From a virus, in IMG/VR virus record IMGVR_UViG_3300012003_000002, positions 33,562 to 97,561 of that record: DNA of 64,000 nucleotides; one strand, given 5' to 3'. Both the position numbers and the translations under genes were made by a program. Shown in pieces: positions 1 through 9,772 of this stretch. Position 1 is the stretch's first letter. Each line of letters opens with the position of its first letter. The notes under the pieces were generated by a model. That model ran no database searches, was not told the DNA's origin, and saw nothing but the letters and a program-made list of their open reading frames with translations.

Positions 1-303
1 ATCATTTTCCCATAATTGAGTTGTTGTTTTCCAATCAATTGGATGTGTATTTACAACTTTATTATCTACTAATTTAATACCTCGTTTATTTTTTCTAATA
101 CAGAATGTAAATTTAGTTTTAACTGGTGTAAATTCCAAATCTTCATTAATTATCTTTTCTACAATTCTTTTATTAAAGTCGTAAACTACTTTATCAAATA
201 AAGTTTTAGATTTAGGTTCTTTAGATTTAGACTTGTAATAATTGTAATAATCTTTAATACCAAAATCCGTATTTATCCTACCCTCAGATCTGATATTAAT
301 CAT
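1..303 (-). CDS. Partial ORF (runs off window start), probable crAss-type IHF/HU-like DNA-binding protein
   Basis: ATG at 303 overlaps the stop of the next gene; open to base 1 (MINIRSEGRINTDFGIKDYYNYYK...FTFCIRK...IDWKTT); not in ORF track; basic, resembles crAss IHF-like proteins. Confidence 0.45.
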   Translation of the reverse strand, partial: MINIRSEGRINTDFGIKDYYNYYKSKSKEPKSKTLFDKVVYDFNKRIVEKIINEDLEFTPVKTKFTFCIRKNKRGIKLVDNKVVNTHPIDWKTTTQLWEND

Positions 304-976
304 TAGCGTCATTAATATTATCTTCAGGAAGTTTTAAAGTTCCTATAAGAGTTTGTATAATCTCAGAACGAATTGCATCAATGTGATGAGCTTGTAATGG
401 ATATTCTGTTTCATCTTCATCAAAACAAGGTTTAGAATCTTCACAATTACAACAATTTTTATAATTTTGTAATTCTAAAGGATCTTCAAATATACCTGTA
501 ACTGTAATACAATCAATTAATTTAACTGTTTCAGATTTACTTATTAAATAGATTTTTTTATCTGTATCTAAAAAAGCATAGATTGAATTTGCAAAAGGTG
601 AGTACTGACTCCAAACAGCTCGTTCTTTATTAACAAAGTTAAATGGTTTAGTTATTTTAACAGAAGGTTTAACTTCTGTTATAGCTGATTTAAGATGTAA
701 TTCTAATGGAATGGGAATAGTATTCTTAGAACGCATTATAGTATCGCAATCGTAGTCTAAACCACATTCATTAACAGATACTTCTTCCATATCCATACAG
801 AATTTCTGTAATATTGAAGTATCTATTAATTTTTGTAAATTATTTGCGTCATTACGCAGATATTTACTACGTTTTAAATTATATAGATATATAATATATC
901 TATTGGAAAACTTCTGATCGTCTACAGTATCTCTAATAGCTGTTCTGACATCGTAAATTAATTTGGAAATTACCAT
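296..976 (-). CDS. Virion ring / tail-tubular-type protein
   Basis: 226 aa, C-terminal ITVTGIFEDP...CFD...EYPL pattern typical of crAss-like ring proteins; structural module context. Confidence 0.5.
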   Translation of the reverse strand: MVISKLIYDVRTAIRDTVDDQKFSNRYIIYLYNLKRSKYLRNDANNLQKLIDTSILQKFCMDMEEVSVNECGLDYDCDTIMRSKNTIPIPLELHLKSAITEVKPSVKITKPFNFVNKERAVWSQYSPFANSIYAFLDTDKKIYLISKSETVKLIDCITVTGIFEDPLELQNYKNCCNCEDSKPCFDEDETEYPLQAHHIDAIRSEIIQTLIGTLKLPEDNINDAND

Positions 977-990
977 ATATTTGTGTATAT

Positions 991-1018
991 AAAAAAAGCC
1001 ACCCTTACGGAATGGCTT
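991..1018 (-). terminator. Intrinsic terminator
   Basis: AAGCCA/TGGCTT hairpin with an adjacent A7 tract (U tract on minus strand) after the phosphoesterase gene. Confidence 0.65.
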
Positions 1019-1041
1019 CGATTTGTTATTATTATATTTTA

Positions 1042-1968
1042 TTATTTTAAATCCATTACTTCTAAATAAGGATGTAAACCTTCAATTACTACACCACAAC
1101 TAATTACAGGTTTTGGAAAATTTCTTCCATATTCCATAGCATAAGATTTCATATCAACTCCACACCCTACCTGAAACCCAAAGATTCTAGATTTAGCTCC
1201 AACATAAAATTGGACACCTGCTTGCGAATGAAGATGACCTTGAACTGTGGACATTAAATTTTGCTTAGCTTTAGTATAAGCATTTGTAGTTCCATGTGTA
1301 TATAATACATCGTCAATTACAACATCTGTAACCCATTCCCAACCTGGAGTTCCTAAAACTTGTGAATAATTTTGAATCCATCTTTTAGAAATACCTGCAC
1401 TCATTGCTTTTCTATATATTAAAGCATCATGGTTACCAATTGTTACATAAGCTTTCGGAAATGCTTTATACCATTTTCTTAACATTTCTACTGATAAATC
1501 ATGCTCTTGTGTAGCACCATAACCTTCTGTAGAAGTCTCATGGTATGATGTGAAATGGAGGTCTAATATATCACCTATAAAAATAACAGTGTCACAATTA
1601 TATTTTTTATAAACTTTAATACAATGTTCTAAATAACCATCTAATGTAAAAGGTAAATGTAAATCTCCAATAACTAAAACATTTTTACCAGATTTAAATT
1701 TTTTAACAAAACATTCATCTGTAGTCATTGGGTATTCTTGATATTTAAACGCATTCCCAAATACATCTTGAGAAGATTTAAAATTTTGTTCAATAATATC
1801 TCTAGTTTCCTTATTTTCTTTATATTGTTTAAATTCTTTACGAATTTCACCTAATGCTTGATAACATAAATCTTCATTACAATCTAATATTGTAGATAAT
1901 TTATAAGCTCCAAACTTGATGTATCCATTTTTTTCCCTAAGAAAGTTTTTTATATCTTCCAGCTTCAT
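1042..1968 (-). CDS. Calcineurin-like metallophosphoesterase
   Basis: Motifs GDLH, GDILD, GNHD, HG, GHLH; likely start is ATG 1968 (MKLEDIK), downstream of a promoter. Confidence 0.85.
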   Translation of the reverse strand: MKLEDIKNFLREKNGYIKFGAYKLSTILDCNEDLCYQALGEIRKEFKQYKENKETRDIIEQNFKSSQDVFGNAFKYQEYPMTTDECFVKKFKSGKNVLVIGDLHLPFTLDGYLEHCIKVYKKYNCDTVIFIGDILDLHFTSYHETSTEGYGATQEHDLSVEMLRKWYKAFPKAYVTIGNHDALIYRKAMSAGISKRWIQNYSQVLGTPGWEWVTDVVIDDVLYTHGTTNAYTKAKQNLMSTVQGHLHSQAGVQFYVGAKSRIFGFQVGCGVDMKSYAMEYGRNFPKPVISCGVVIEGLHPYLEVMDLK

Positions 1969-1992
1969 ATATAATATATTGATTAATAATTG

Positions 1993-2024
1993 CAAAGATA
2001 AACAATTATTTTGTAAAAACCTAA
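1993..2024 (-). promoter_or_regulatory. Bacteroidota sigma70-type promoter TTAGG-N19-TATCTTTG
   Basis: Matches the -7 TAnnTTTG consensus; the same spacing recurs at several other sites. Confidence 0.7.
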
Positions 2025-2055
2025 TAAAATTGCAATTATTTTATAATTATTTTTA

Positions 2056-2667
2056 TTATAGTTTCAAATTAATTAAATATCCAATTTGAATTGATTTATC
2101 AAATATCCCATAAGAACCCAATATAAGATCTCCATTTTTACGTTGAATACCTAAATTTGCATTAAAATTAAATTTGTCTAATTTAACAGTATTTGATATA
2201 CTACCACCTAATAATAAATTTATTGTTGGTTTATTAATTTTAACTGGTATATCAAAAGTTCTTTGTTTAATTGTCCAATTATATGTTAAAGATTTTAATT
2301 CACCTTGAACTTCTACATCTCCTACAATTTTAATAGTGTCATTTTCAAAAGGGATTTGATATTTTCTAAGTTCTATTGATTTTATAAATTCTTTTAAACG
2401 TTCTGTTTCAGATTCTAAATTAACATATTTATCCGCTAATTCTTTATTAAAAGGATTCTCTGTGATAATTAAACTGTCTTTATATATCAAACTATCTTTA
2501 ATTTGTATTAATGGTTTAGGATTAATTATAATAGGTGATTTACCAGATAATTCTGGTATAGTTACTTTAATAGTTTTAATTTCTTTAGGTGATGTCCATC
2601 TACCTATAAAGAAAGATAATATTAAAACAACCACTCCGATTATAATATATTTTATAGTTGAGATCAT
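2056..2667 (-). CDS. Membrane-anchored lysis-cassette protein (spanin-like candidate)
   Basis: N-terminal TM helix, coiled middle, C-terminal amphipathic beta strands; overlaps the endolysin stop. Confidence 0.45.
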   Translation of the reverse strand: MISTIKYIIIGVVVLILSFFIGRWTSPKEIKTIKVTIPELSGKSPIIINPKPLIQIKDSLIYKDSLIITENPFNKELADKYVNLESETERLKEFIKSIELRKYQIPFENDTIKIVGDVEVQGELKSLTYNWTIKQRTFDIPVKINKPTINLLLGGSISNTVKLDKFNFNANLGIQRKNGDLILGSYGIFDKSIQIGYLINLKL

Positions 2668-3173
2668 ATATTTATATATTTAATATTATTTTCTAAAATA
2701 TAATCTTCATTATCTATTTTAGATTTCATTTTTTGCCAAGTTAATCCAAAAGATTTTTGAAGATGAGGATAATCCTTAAATGATTTCCAATCACCACCCC
2801 ATTCATAACCTTTTGATTTAAAATAATTAATTACTTCCATCCAATCAGCAATTTTATCTTTATCAAAATCTTTATTCATATCCCATGAGGTAGTTTCAAA
2901 TGTACCATTATTATCTAAATCATATAATAATACAATATCTAAAGCTAAACCATAGTTATGTATAGATTGCCAACTTTTAGCATTTGTAACTTTAGGTTTT
3001 TGATTAAATAGTTTATTTTGCTCCTCTGGTGAACGATATGTAGAAGTAAATCTTAATCTAATACCTTTTCCTAATAATTTTTCATTAACATAACTATATA
3101 TCTCCAAAACTTCTTCTCTAATCTTAGGATGTAAAGTTTTAATTTTACCAAGTGTAATAATATCTGATGCCAT
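2664..3173 (-). CDS. Endolysin, M15-family (L-Ala-D-Glu-type) Zn peptidase
   Basis: YRSxEEQ, SxHNYGLAxD, WGGDW, DYPHLQ motifs. Confidence 0.85.
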   Translation of the reverse strand: MASDIITLGKIKTLHPKIREEVLEIYSYVNEKLLGKGIRLRFTSTYRSPEEQNKLFNQKPKVTNAKSWQSIHNYGLALDIVLLYDLDNNGTFETTSWDMNKDFDKDKIADWMEVINYFKSKGYEWGGDWKSFKDYPHLQKSFGLTWQKMKSKIDNEDYILENNIKYINI

Positions 3174-3175
3174 AA

Positions 3176-3364
3176 TTATTTAATTTTATATTTATAATAA
3201 GGGTCATTTAAAATTTTATTAATTTCAATTAATCCTTTTTCTGTTTTATCTAAACTTTTTTTAATTTGTAAAGTTTCTTCTTCTAAACTTAATTTGATAT
3301 TTTGATTATAACTTGTACATATTAAAAAAGTAAACAATATAAATAATATTTTTAATCTTTTCAT
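3176..3364 (-). CDS. Small signal-peptide/coiled-coil protein (possible o-spanin)
   Basis: Basic N-terminus, hydrophobic stretch with Cys, short coiled coil; lysis context. Confidence 0.35.
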   Translation of the reverse strand: MKRLKILFILFTFLICTSYNQNIKLSLEEETLQIKKSLDKTEKGLIEINKILNDPYYKYKIK

Positions 3365-3732
3365 TGTCCTAATTTTTTACGTATGTTGTTTAAATCTCTT
3401 TCTAATTTATTAGCTTTTTCTTTTAATTCTTTATTATAATTATCTCTCAAATTATCTAATTCTACTTTATTTTCAATATCTTTGTTTCTTTCAGCTTCTC
3501 TAATTGCCTTTAAACAATCTTTACTGTCTGATAGATTTAAAGTTTTTTGAACTTCTAATTTTTGGTATGTATTCGATTCTCTATTTTCAGCATTATTAGC
3601 TCTAGAATAAAAAAAGAAATTACCCGCAGCTAAGATAATGATTATTATTAAAGATAGAACCCATGATCTATTTCCAGGTTCTGTATCAATAACTTTAACT
3701 AAAACATCTTTAGCATCTCCACTATCTATCAT
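3361..3732 (-). CDS. Single-TM coiled-coil protein (i-spanin/holin-like)
   Basis: TM segment WVLSLIIIIILAAGNFFFY followed by a coiled coil. Confidence 0.4.
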   Translation of the reverse strand: MIDSGDAKDVLVKVIDTEPGNRSWVLSLIIIIILAAGNFFFYSRANNAENRESNTYQKLEVQKTLNLSDSKDCLKAIREAERNKDIENKVELDNLRDNYNKELKEKANKLERDLNNIRKKLGQ

Positions 3733-3753
3733 ATTTTATTTTATTTAGTTATT

Positions 3754-3945
3754 TTATAATTTATTTTTTAATTTTAATATAGTTTCTGTTACTTTTGTTG
3801 ATCCTATATAGGCAGTTGCAATTACAGTCCACTCACTACCTGTTAACTTAGAACCAAATAAAGCGGTTGTAGCAATTAAAAAAACTGTGAAAGTTTTACT
3901 AATTGCTTTTCCTAAATATTTATCTATATATTCTTGTCTATTCAT
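3754..3945 (-). CDS. Putative holin (two TM, 63 aa)
   Basis: Two hydrophobic segments, basic C-terminus, upstream of the endolysin. Confidence 0.5.
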   Translation of the reverse strand: MNRQEYIDKYLGKAISKTFTVFLIATTALFGSKLTGSEWTVIATAYIGSTKVTETILKLKNKL

Positions 3946-4015
3946 ATTTATTTATTTAAAGATTAATTATTTGGGTTTGAATATTCAACTTCTAAATTTA
4001 TTTATTAATTTTAAT

Positions 4016-7000
4016 TTATAAAGCTGCTGGTTGCCAGATTATATTCCCATAAGTTGCATTAATATCTCCATTTCCCCCAGTTGCACCGTTAGCTGTGCCA
4101 GTTATTTTTAGAATCGCTGATGCTGAAAAAGTCAGTCCTGTTAAAGGAGTATAATTCGTGTAAGACGCTGTACTTGCACCTGGTGTAGAAATATTTACCA
4201 TTGCTCTTGCAGTTGTTGCTCCAGTTCGTATAATTGAAACATTCACTATCCATGCGCCTGTAACGCTCATTGTTAATGCTCCCGTATCTGCTATTACTGA
4301 ACCTGCATAGTACACTCTCAATTGACTTGTTGCGGTTGCATCATTGAAAATACCTCCATAAATGGCTACTAATTTTTCACCTGGTGCATTTAGCCTATTT
4401 GTACCTATAGTGTAAGTGAGTAAGTCTGTTTCGTTAATACCTATATTTGCCGCGGAATCTGGGTAAAAGTCTTTTAGTTGGATAGGAGCTGTCCCCGCAG
4501 TTGATGTACTACCATCAGCCATTAAGAATTGAGAAGATGTACCTCCTGATTTTATGAGTGCTGTTGCCGTAACACTTGAAGAGAAGGTGGCTGCTCCTGC
4601 CTGAATTCCTCCGTTATCTGTAATAGTTAGTTTATCTACTCCATTTTTTTGGATAGTAAACGGAATACCAGTTGCTGCTGTTGTGTTATTAATAACAACG
4701 CCTTTACCCGATGAGGTATTATAAGTAAAGAATCCCGTCCCTGTTGAATCATTAGCAGAATAGAGTCCAATTCCTGTTGAGGAGTTACCGGAATAGAATC
4801 CCGTACCTATTGAGGTATTAGAGGAACTTATCCCGATACCCGTTGATGAGTTTCCAGAAATTATACCACCAGTAAATGTTTTTTCCCCCGTTATACTTTG
4901 ATTTCCAGTAAGTAATACTGCATTTGAAGGTGGATTAGCCAATACAAAAGCAGTTGTCGCTATCTGTGTGGTGTTTGTTCCTGCTGTGGCCGTTGGTGCT
5001 GTTGGTGTTCCTGATAATGACGGTGAATCTAAAGGAGCATATACCGTAGCATCTAAACTCCCATCTCCTTTTACAAATTGACTTGCTATACCGCCTGTTG
5101 TTACGTGTGATGCTGACGTTACACTTGAAGAGAAGGTGGCTGATGTTCCGTTTAAAGCACCGCTTAAAGTCCCTCCCGTTAATGGCAAATAAGCAGTAGA
5201 GTTATAAGCATTAGAACCTAAAGTTCCTCCCTCTACAACTGTCCCCGCTATTGTTCCAAAGTTTTTATTGAATGCAGTATTCTTAGTAAATGCAGTTTCA
5301 TAACTTCCTGATGCTTGTTTCCCATTTAACTGAGTTTGAATACTACTCGTTGCATCAACATAAGCCATAGTAGCTGCACTCACTCCATTAGTAGAAGTAG
5401 GTGTAATAGCTCCTAATCCTATAACTGGTGTTGTTGTTCCAGTTGCTACGGTTACCCCGTTTGTGCCTGTTACAGAGGTTACTGTGCCGCTTCCTGTACC
5501 ATATACTGTGCTATCTACGCTTCCATCGGCTTTTAAGAATTGTGATGAAGTTCCTCCTGATTTTATTAATGACGTTGCCGTTACACTTGAAGCGAAGGTG
5601 GCTGTTGTCCCATTCAAACTACCATCTGAATTTAATTTGAAACCTGTATTAACATAACTAGATCCGTTAAAATGCCACAAGTCTAGCCCGTTACTGGCAT
5701 TCAATTGGAATAAAGTTTGTCGATTAGATGCTCCTGATAGTCCATTCCCAAAGTTTATAAGTGAACCTCCACCTATGGTGTTAGATGCTCCTTTAAGGGT
5801 AGTAAAATCAGCATACGTAATAAACGCTCCTGTTGCCGTAACACTTGAAGAGAAGGTGGCTGCTCCTGTTTTTGATACAGTAAAATCATTTTGACCAACA
5901 CCCGCGACCTGATGTCCTAATCTAAAAAAATCATTATTTGGCACATCGTAAGTAATCCCCATTGAGAATAAAGTCGGTGAATTGACATTAATACTTCTAT
6001 CTAAGATTATGCTCTGATATACATCGCGTAATATTTTTATATCTCCAAAAGTTCCATTCCCATTAACCCACATATTAGCAGATTGAGTAGAAGCATTTTG
6101 ATTTTGAATGTAGTTTGCGGAACCTGTTGCTGGAGCAGCTCCTAAACTTGATAAGGTTGGGAGTGCAATATCTCCTGTACCTAAAACTGTAGTTCCTCCA
6201 ACTGTTTTAATGTTTGTGTTTGAAACTAAAGTAGGTTGTTTCCCGTTCAATTGTGTCTGAATAGAACTCGTAGCATCATTATTAGTTCTTTGAGCAGGTG
6301 TCTGAAATACTCTTGTGGCGGTTTCACCTATCTGGTCTGCATTGTAATCATTTGTCTGAGCTACTACCCCACCATTTCTTCCAAATACAGTAGTAACTGC
6401 GCTAGTAGGTGTTAGTAATTCTTGCCAATCTGAAAGTAAAGTTGGGTCGGTACCTTTTAGAATAAATGATTTATTTAAGTCTGTACGTACAGATATATCT
6501 CCTGTTTGTGCTATTAAGGCTAGCATTGTAGCCTGTGAAACAGTCACAAAAGTATCTGATATAGTAATGCTCGGAAGCTGGGAATATATTAATTTTCCGT
6601 CAACTCCTAATCCTGCATAGCCACTTGCTATATTTTTGTTGGCTGTGTTTTCTGGTGTGAAACCTAATGCAGATTGCTTCCCATTCCATATTACTTTTTC
6701 AGCATCCGTAACAAATCTATTGCTCACATCTTGAGTGATGATACTCGGAGGATGATTTGCTGGATGTGTATAATTAGCCAATGTTGCTAATCTTGTAATT
6801 TCAGTATCTAAGATTAAACTTTTACCTGTAACTTTATCAACTTTACCCGAAATATCAACGTTTGAAACTCCTGCTAATCTTGTGATTTCTGTATCTGAAA
6901 TTAACGACTTGCCTGTTACCTTATCAACTTTCAAAGCCAATCCAGAATTTATTGCATCCACAGTAGGAAACTTAACCCCTGTTCCATCAATTGCTAATGA

Positions 7001-8500
7001 GTTTTGTTTGTTTACCGTGTTTTCTTTACTTGAAATATCCTGGTCTCCTGTATTACTTCCTGATAGAGTAGTAATCCCAAGTTTAGTCTTAATTGTAGAT
7101 AAAGTTTCATCACCTGTATTAGTTCCAGTTGAATTACCTGAACCACTTGGTGCGCCTACTTGTGTAGCAGTATAATCCCCTGTTTGAGCAGTAACCGCTC
7201 CGTTTCTACCAAATACAGTTGTAACAGCACTTGTGGGTGTAAGTAGTTCTTGCCAATCAGTGAGTGTAGAATAAAGATTTCCTTTTAAAATAAACGATTT
7301 ATTTAAGTCAGTTCGTACTGCTACATCACCTTTATCTGCCAAGGTTAATCCTAACATTTCAGCCTGAGAAGCTACTACATAAGTGTCTGAAATAGTGATA
7401 CTAGGTAGTTGTGATGAAATTAATTTTCCATCTGCGCCAAGTCCAGCATAACCACTCGCTATGTTTTTATTAGCTGTATTTTCTGGAGTGAACCCTAAAT
7501 CATTTTGTTTAGCATTCCATGTTGCCTTTTCAGCGTCAGTGACAAATCTATTACTAACATCTTGGGTAATAATACTTGGAGGATGATTAGTAGGGTGTGT
7601 ATAGTTAGCGAGGGTTCCTAATCGTGTGATTTCAGTATCTAAGATTAAACTTTTACCTGCAACTTTATCTACTTTCAAATTCAGTCCAGAATTAACCGCA
7701 TCTACCGTAGGGAACTTAACTCCTGTTCCGTCAACTGCTAATGAGTTTTGTTTATTTGAAGTGTTTTCTTTTCCTGATAAATCTTGGTCGCCTGTATTCG
7801 TTCCTGACTGATTAGAAAGCTTGGTGATTTCAAGAGCATTAATAAGTCTTTCACCTGTAACTTTGTCTACCTTACCTGAAATGTCAACGTTTGAAACACC
7901 TGCTAATCTTGTAATCTCTGTATCTGAAATAAGGCTTTTACCTGTTACTTTGTCAACTTTGCTCGCTAAATCAGTCACCAATCCTGTCACCTGACTTTCA
8001 GTAATATTTCCTGTAATAGTTGACGCAGTACCTTCAATACTTAATGAAGTTGCTGTTCCAGTTAATCCTGTACCAGCGCCTATAAAATTTGAAGCAGAAA
8101 TAGAACCTATTCTTGAAATATTTTCAGTTTTTGTATTTCCTGCGTCAGTTGTTGTTCTAGTTAAATAGAAATTAGATAATGATTGTATTGTTTTTGTTAT
8201 ATATGTTAATGTACTACTATTATAAACCCAAGTTGATGCATCACTTCCTATATATAAATTATTAATATCTATTTTTAATAAATTATCATTTATTGTTGGA
8301 GGATTATTTAAATCAAATATTGTTGCTATTGTTGGTGTTAGTGCATTTACATAAACAATTTTAGAATAGTCAGTTGGTACTCCATTTTCTAAAACATCAA
8401 TTCTAGTATCTAAATCTTGTGCATTTCCTATATAAGTGGATTTATCTAGTTTTAATTCTAAAGATGATGTACTTACAAGGGTAGTTGTTATTTTTGCCAT
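4016..8500 (-). CDS. Long tail fibre / adhesin with internal repeats
   Basis: 1494 aa, Gly/Thr/Ser-rich; KVDKVTGK repeats, YTHPxNHP, SPSLSGTPTAPTA...TTQIATTAFV, GGTSSQFLKADGS fibre motifs; visibly higher GC than flanks. Confidence 0.85.
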   Translation of the reverse strand: MAKITTTLVSTSSLELKLDKSTYIGNAQDLDTRIDVLENGVPTDYSKIVYVNALTPTIATIFDLNNPPTINDNLLKIDINNLYIGSDASTWVYNSSTLTYITKTIQSLSNFYLTRTTTDAGNTKTENISRIGSISASNFIGAGTGLTGTATSLSIEGTASTITGNITESQVTGLVTDLASKVDKVTGKSLISDTEITRLAGVSNVDISGKVDKVTGERLINALEITKLSNQSGTNTGDQDLSGKENTSNKQNSLAVDGTGVKFPTVDAVNSGLNLKVDKVAGKSLILDTEITRLGTLANYTHPTNHPPSIITQDVSNRFVTDAEKATWNAKQNDLGFTPENTANKNIASGYAGLGADGKLISSQLPSITISDTYVVASQAEMLGLTLADKGDVAVRTDLNKSFILKGNLYSTLTDWQELLTPTSAVTTVFGRNGAVTAQTGDYTATQVGAPSGSGNSTGTNTGDETLSTIKTKLGITTLSGSNTGDQDISSKENTVNKQNSLAIDGTGVKFPTVDAINSGLALKVDKVTGKSLISDTEITRLAGVSNVDISGKVDKVTGKSLILDTEITRLATLANYTHPANHPPSIITQDVSNRFVTDAEKVIWNGKQSALGFTPENTANKNIASGYAGLGVDGKLIYSQLPSITISDTFVTVSQATMLALIAQTGDISVRTDLNKSFILKGTDPTLLSDWQELLTPTSAVTTVFGRNGGVVAQTNDYNADQIGETATRVFQTPAQRTNNDATSSIQTQLNGKQPTLVSNTNIKTVGGTTVLGTGDIALPTLSSLGAAPATGSANYIQNQNASTQSANMWVNGNGTFGDIKILRDVYQSIILDRSINVNSPTLFSMGITYDVPNNDFFRLGHQVAGVGQNDFTVSKTGAATFSSSVTATGAFITYADFTTLKGASNTIGGGSLINFGNGLSGASNRQTLFQLNASNGLDLWHFNGSSYVNTGFKLNSDGSLNGTTATFASSVTATSLIKSGGTSSQFLKADGSVDSTVYGTGSGTVTSVTGTNGVTVATGTTTPVIGLGAITPTSTNGVSAATMAYVDATSSIQTQLNGKQASGSYETAFTKNTAFNKNFGTIAGTVVEGGTLGSNAYNSTAYLPLTGGTLSGALNGTSATFSSSVTSASHVTTGGIASQFVKGDGSLDATVYAPLDSPSLSGTPTAPTATAGTNTTQIATTAFVLANPPSNAVLLTGNQSITGEKTFTGGIISGNSSTGIGISSSNTSIGTGFYSGNSSTGIGLYSANDSTGTGFFTYNTSSGKGVVINNTTAATGIPFTIQKNGVDKLTITDNGGIQAGAATFSSSVTATALIKSGGTSSQFLMADGSTSTAGTAPIQLKDFYPDSAANIGINETDLLTYTIGTNRLNAPGEKLVAIYGGIFNDATATSQLRVYYAGSVIADTGALTMSVTGAWIVNVSIIRTGATTARAMVNISTPGASTASYTNYTPLTGLTFSASAILKITGTANGATGGNGDINATYGNIIWQPAAL
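4561..5868. repeat. Four near-identical direct repeats inside the fibre gene (ATFSSSVTA)
   Basis: 39-nt exact copies at 4561-4599 and 5830-5868; shorter copies at 5117-5142 and 5574-5604. Confidence 0.9.
6338..7809 (-). repeat. Tandem duplication of a ~220-240 aa fibre shaft module
   Basis: SGxNTGDQD...TTVFGRNG..AQTxDY block present twice (about 7165-7809 and 6338-7062). Confidence 0.85.
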
Positions 8501-8502
8501 TA

Positions 8503-8898
8503 TTAAATAATTACAGTTTCAATTATATATTCTACAGATACTTGACTACCCGCCTTCACTGTAAATGTTACAGAAGTTTGATTAAGAGTTGTTACTTCTA
8601 TATTTTGAGTTGTACCTGCTGGAAATGTAAATGAATTATATATAATACTTCCACTTATAACAATTATGGTTATTGAGTGAAATGTATTTACTGGATATGT
8701 AACTATTTGATCTGTTATTGGAGAATATGAATTCGTAACTAACGTATTATAATTTGGACCACCATTTTGACAAGTATTAACCGCAGATACTAATTCTACC
8801 AATCTTCTTAAATCAGAATTTTTTATTTTATTACAATCTTGAAAAGCGATTAACAGTTCGTTAATATTTTGGGAAATTGTATTACATTCTATTACCAT
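8503..8898 (-). CDS. Putative tail structural protein
   Basis: 131 aa, beta-rich C-terminus, tightly coupled to the fibre gene. Confidence 0.45.
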   Translation of the reverse strand: MVIECNTISQNINELLIAFQDCNKIKNSDLRRLVELVSAVNTCQNGGPNYNTLVTNSYSPITDQIVTYPVNTFHSITIIVISGSIIYNSFTFPAGTTQNIEVTTLNQTSVTFTVKAGSQVSVEYIIETVII

Positions 8899-8918
8899 AT
8901 TTTATATTTTTAATCTTC

Positions 8919-9767
8919 TTAAACAGAAGGTGTTGTTGTATCATTATTATTTAATGTTCCTATATTATTACTTAAATTATAAGTAAGTGTTGCAACTCTT
9001 TCGCCTGAACTAGTTGATTTATCTCCAGTAGGAGCTAATGTAATCATTTTACCAACAGAACTTATTTGAAAAGCATCTGTTGCTGTAGGATTGTCCCATA
9101 AGAAACCATTCTTAATTGGTGAACCGCCTTTCCATAAAGTAGCAGCTACATTTACAGGTGTTGTACCTACTGTATTATACCAAAAACATCTAGCATCAAT
9201 TACTAAAATATTTTCTAAAGGATAAGTATTTTTAAATAAATTTATATTAAATAAAACAGATTCGTACCCTGTTCCTGTATTATCACCACCCCAAGTTTCA
9301 TACGGAGTTCCTGTGATAGGATATTGAGTTTGTCTTCCCCATCCTAAATATGTAGTTTGTGTATTTTGTCCTACATCTGGTGTAACGATTCTAGTTCTAG
9401 TATCTAAATCCATTCCAGTTGTAAATTCATAAGTTAACATTATATAATCAGCATTAAATTGAAATGATGATTCACCTAAATTAAAATTAATTAATTTTTG
9501 ACAACCTTCTTCAAAATCATCTTTTACTACAATAGTATATGCAGTAGCAGCGGTTAATCCTATAATAGTAAATGGAGATGATAATACTTGATAAAATGTA
9601 CCATTATTTATATTATATGATATATTTCCCTGATTACCAGAATAGGTTATTGTTGCTGTACCATCATCACCAGTTTGATTTGTTGGATTTGTAGTAGTAA
9701 TTACTAATGGTCTAAGATTACAACTCCTATTATCTAATTTATATATGTTTTTTTTAAAAGCTCTCAT
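8919..9767 (-). CDS. Putative tail accessory protein with SprB/Ig-like N-terminal module
   Basis: DDGTATITYSG...GLTAATAYTIVVKD..GC pattern; WGGDNTGTGYESVL C-terminal domain. Confidence 0.5.
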   Translation of the reverse strand: MRAFKKNIYKLDNRSCNLRPLVITTTNPTNQTGDDGTATITYSGNQGNISYNINNGTFYQVLSSPFTIIGLTAATAYTIVVKDDFEEGCQKLINFNLGESSFQFNADYIMLTYEFTTGMDLDTRTRIVTPDVGQNTQTTYLGWGRQTQYPITGTPYETWGGDNTGTGYESVLFNINLFKNTYPLENILVIDARCFWYNTVGTTPVNVAATLWKGGSPIKNGFLWDNPTATDAFQISSVGKMITLAPTGDKSTSSGERVATLTYNLSNNIGTLNNNDTTTPSV

Positions 9768-9772
9768 TTATT

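Noticed and set aside
5428-7811. Plus-strand ORFs inside the tail fibre gene
   Set aside because: Antisense shadows of a repetitive, GC-richer coding strand.
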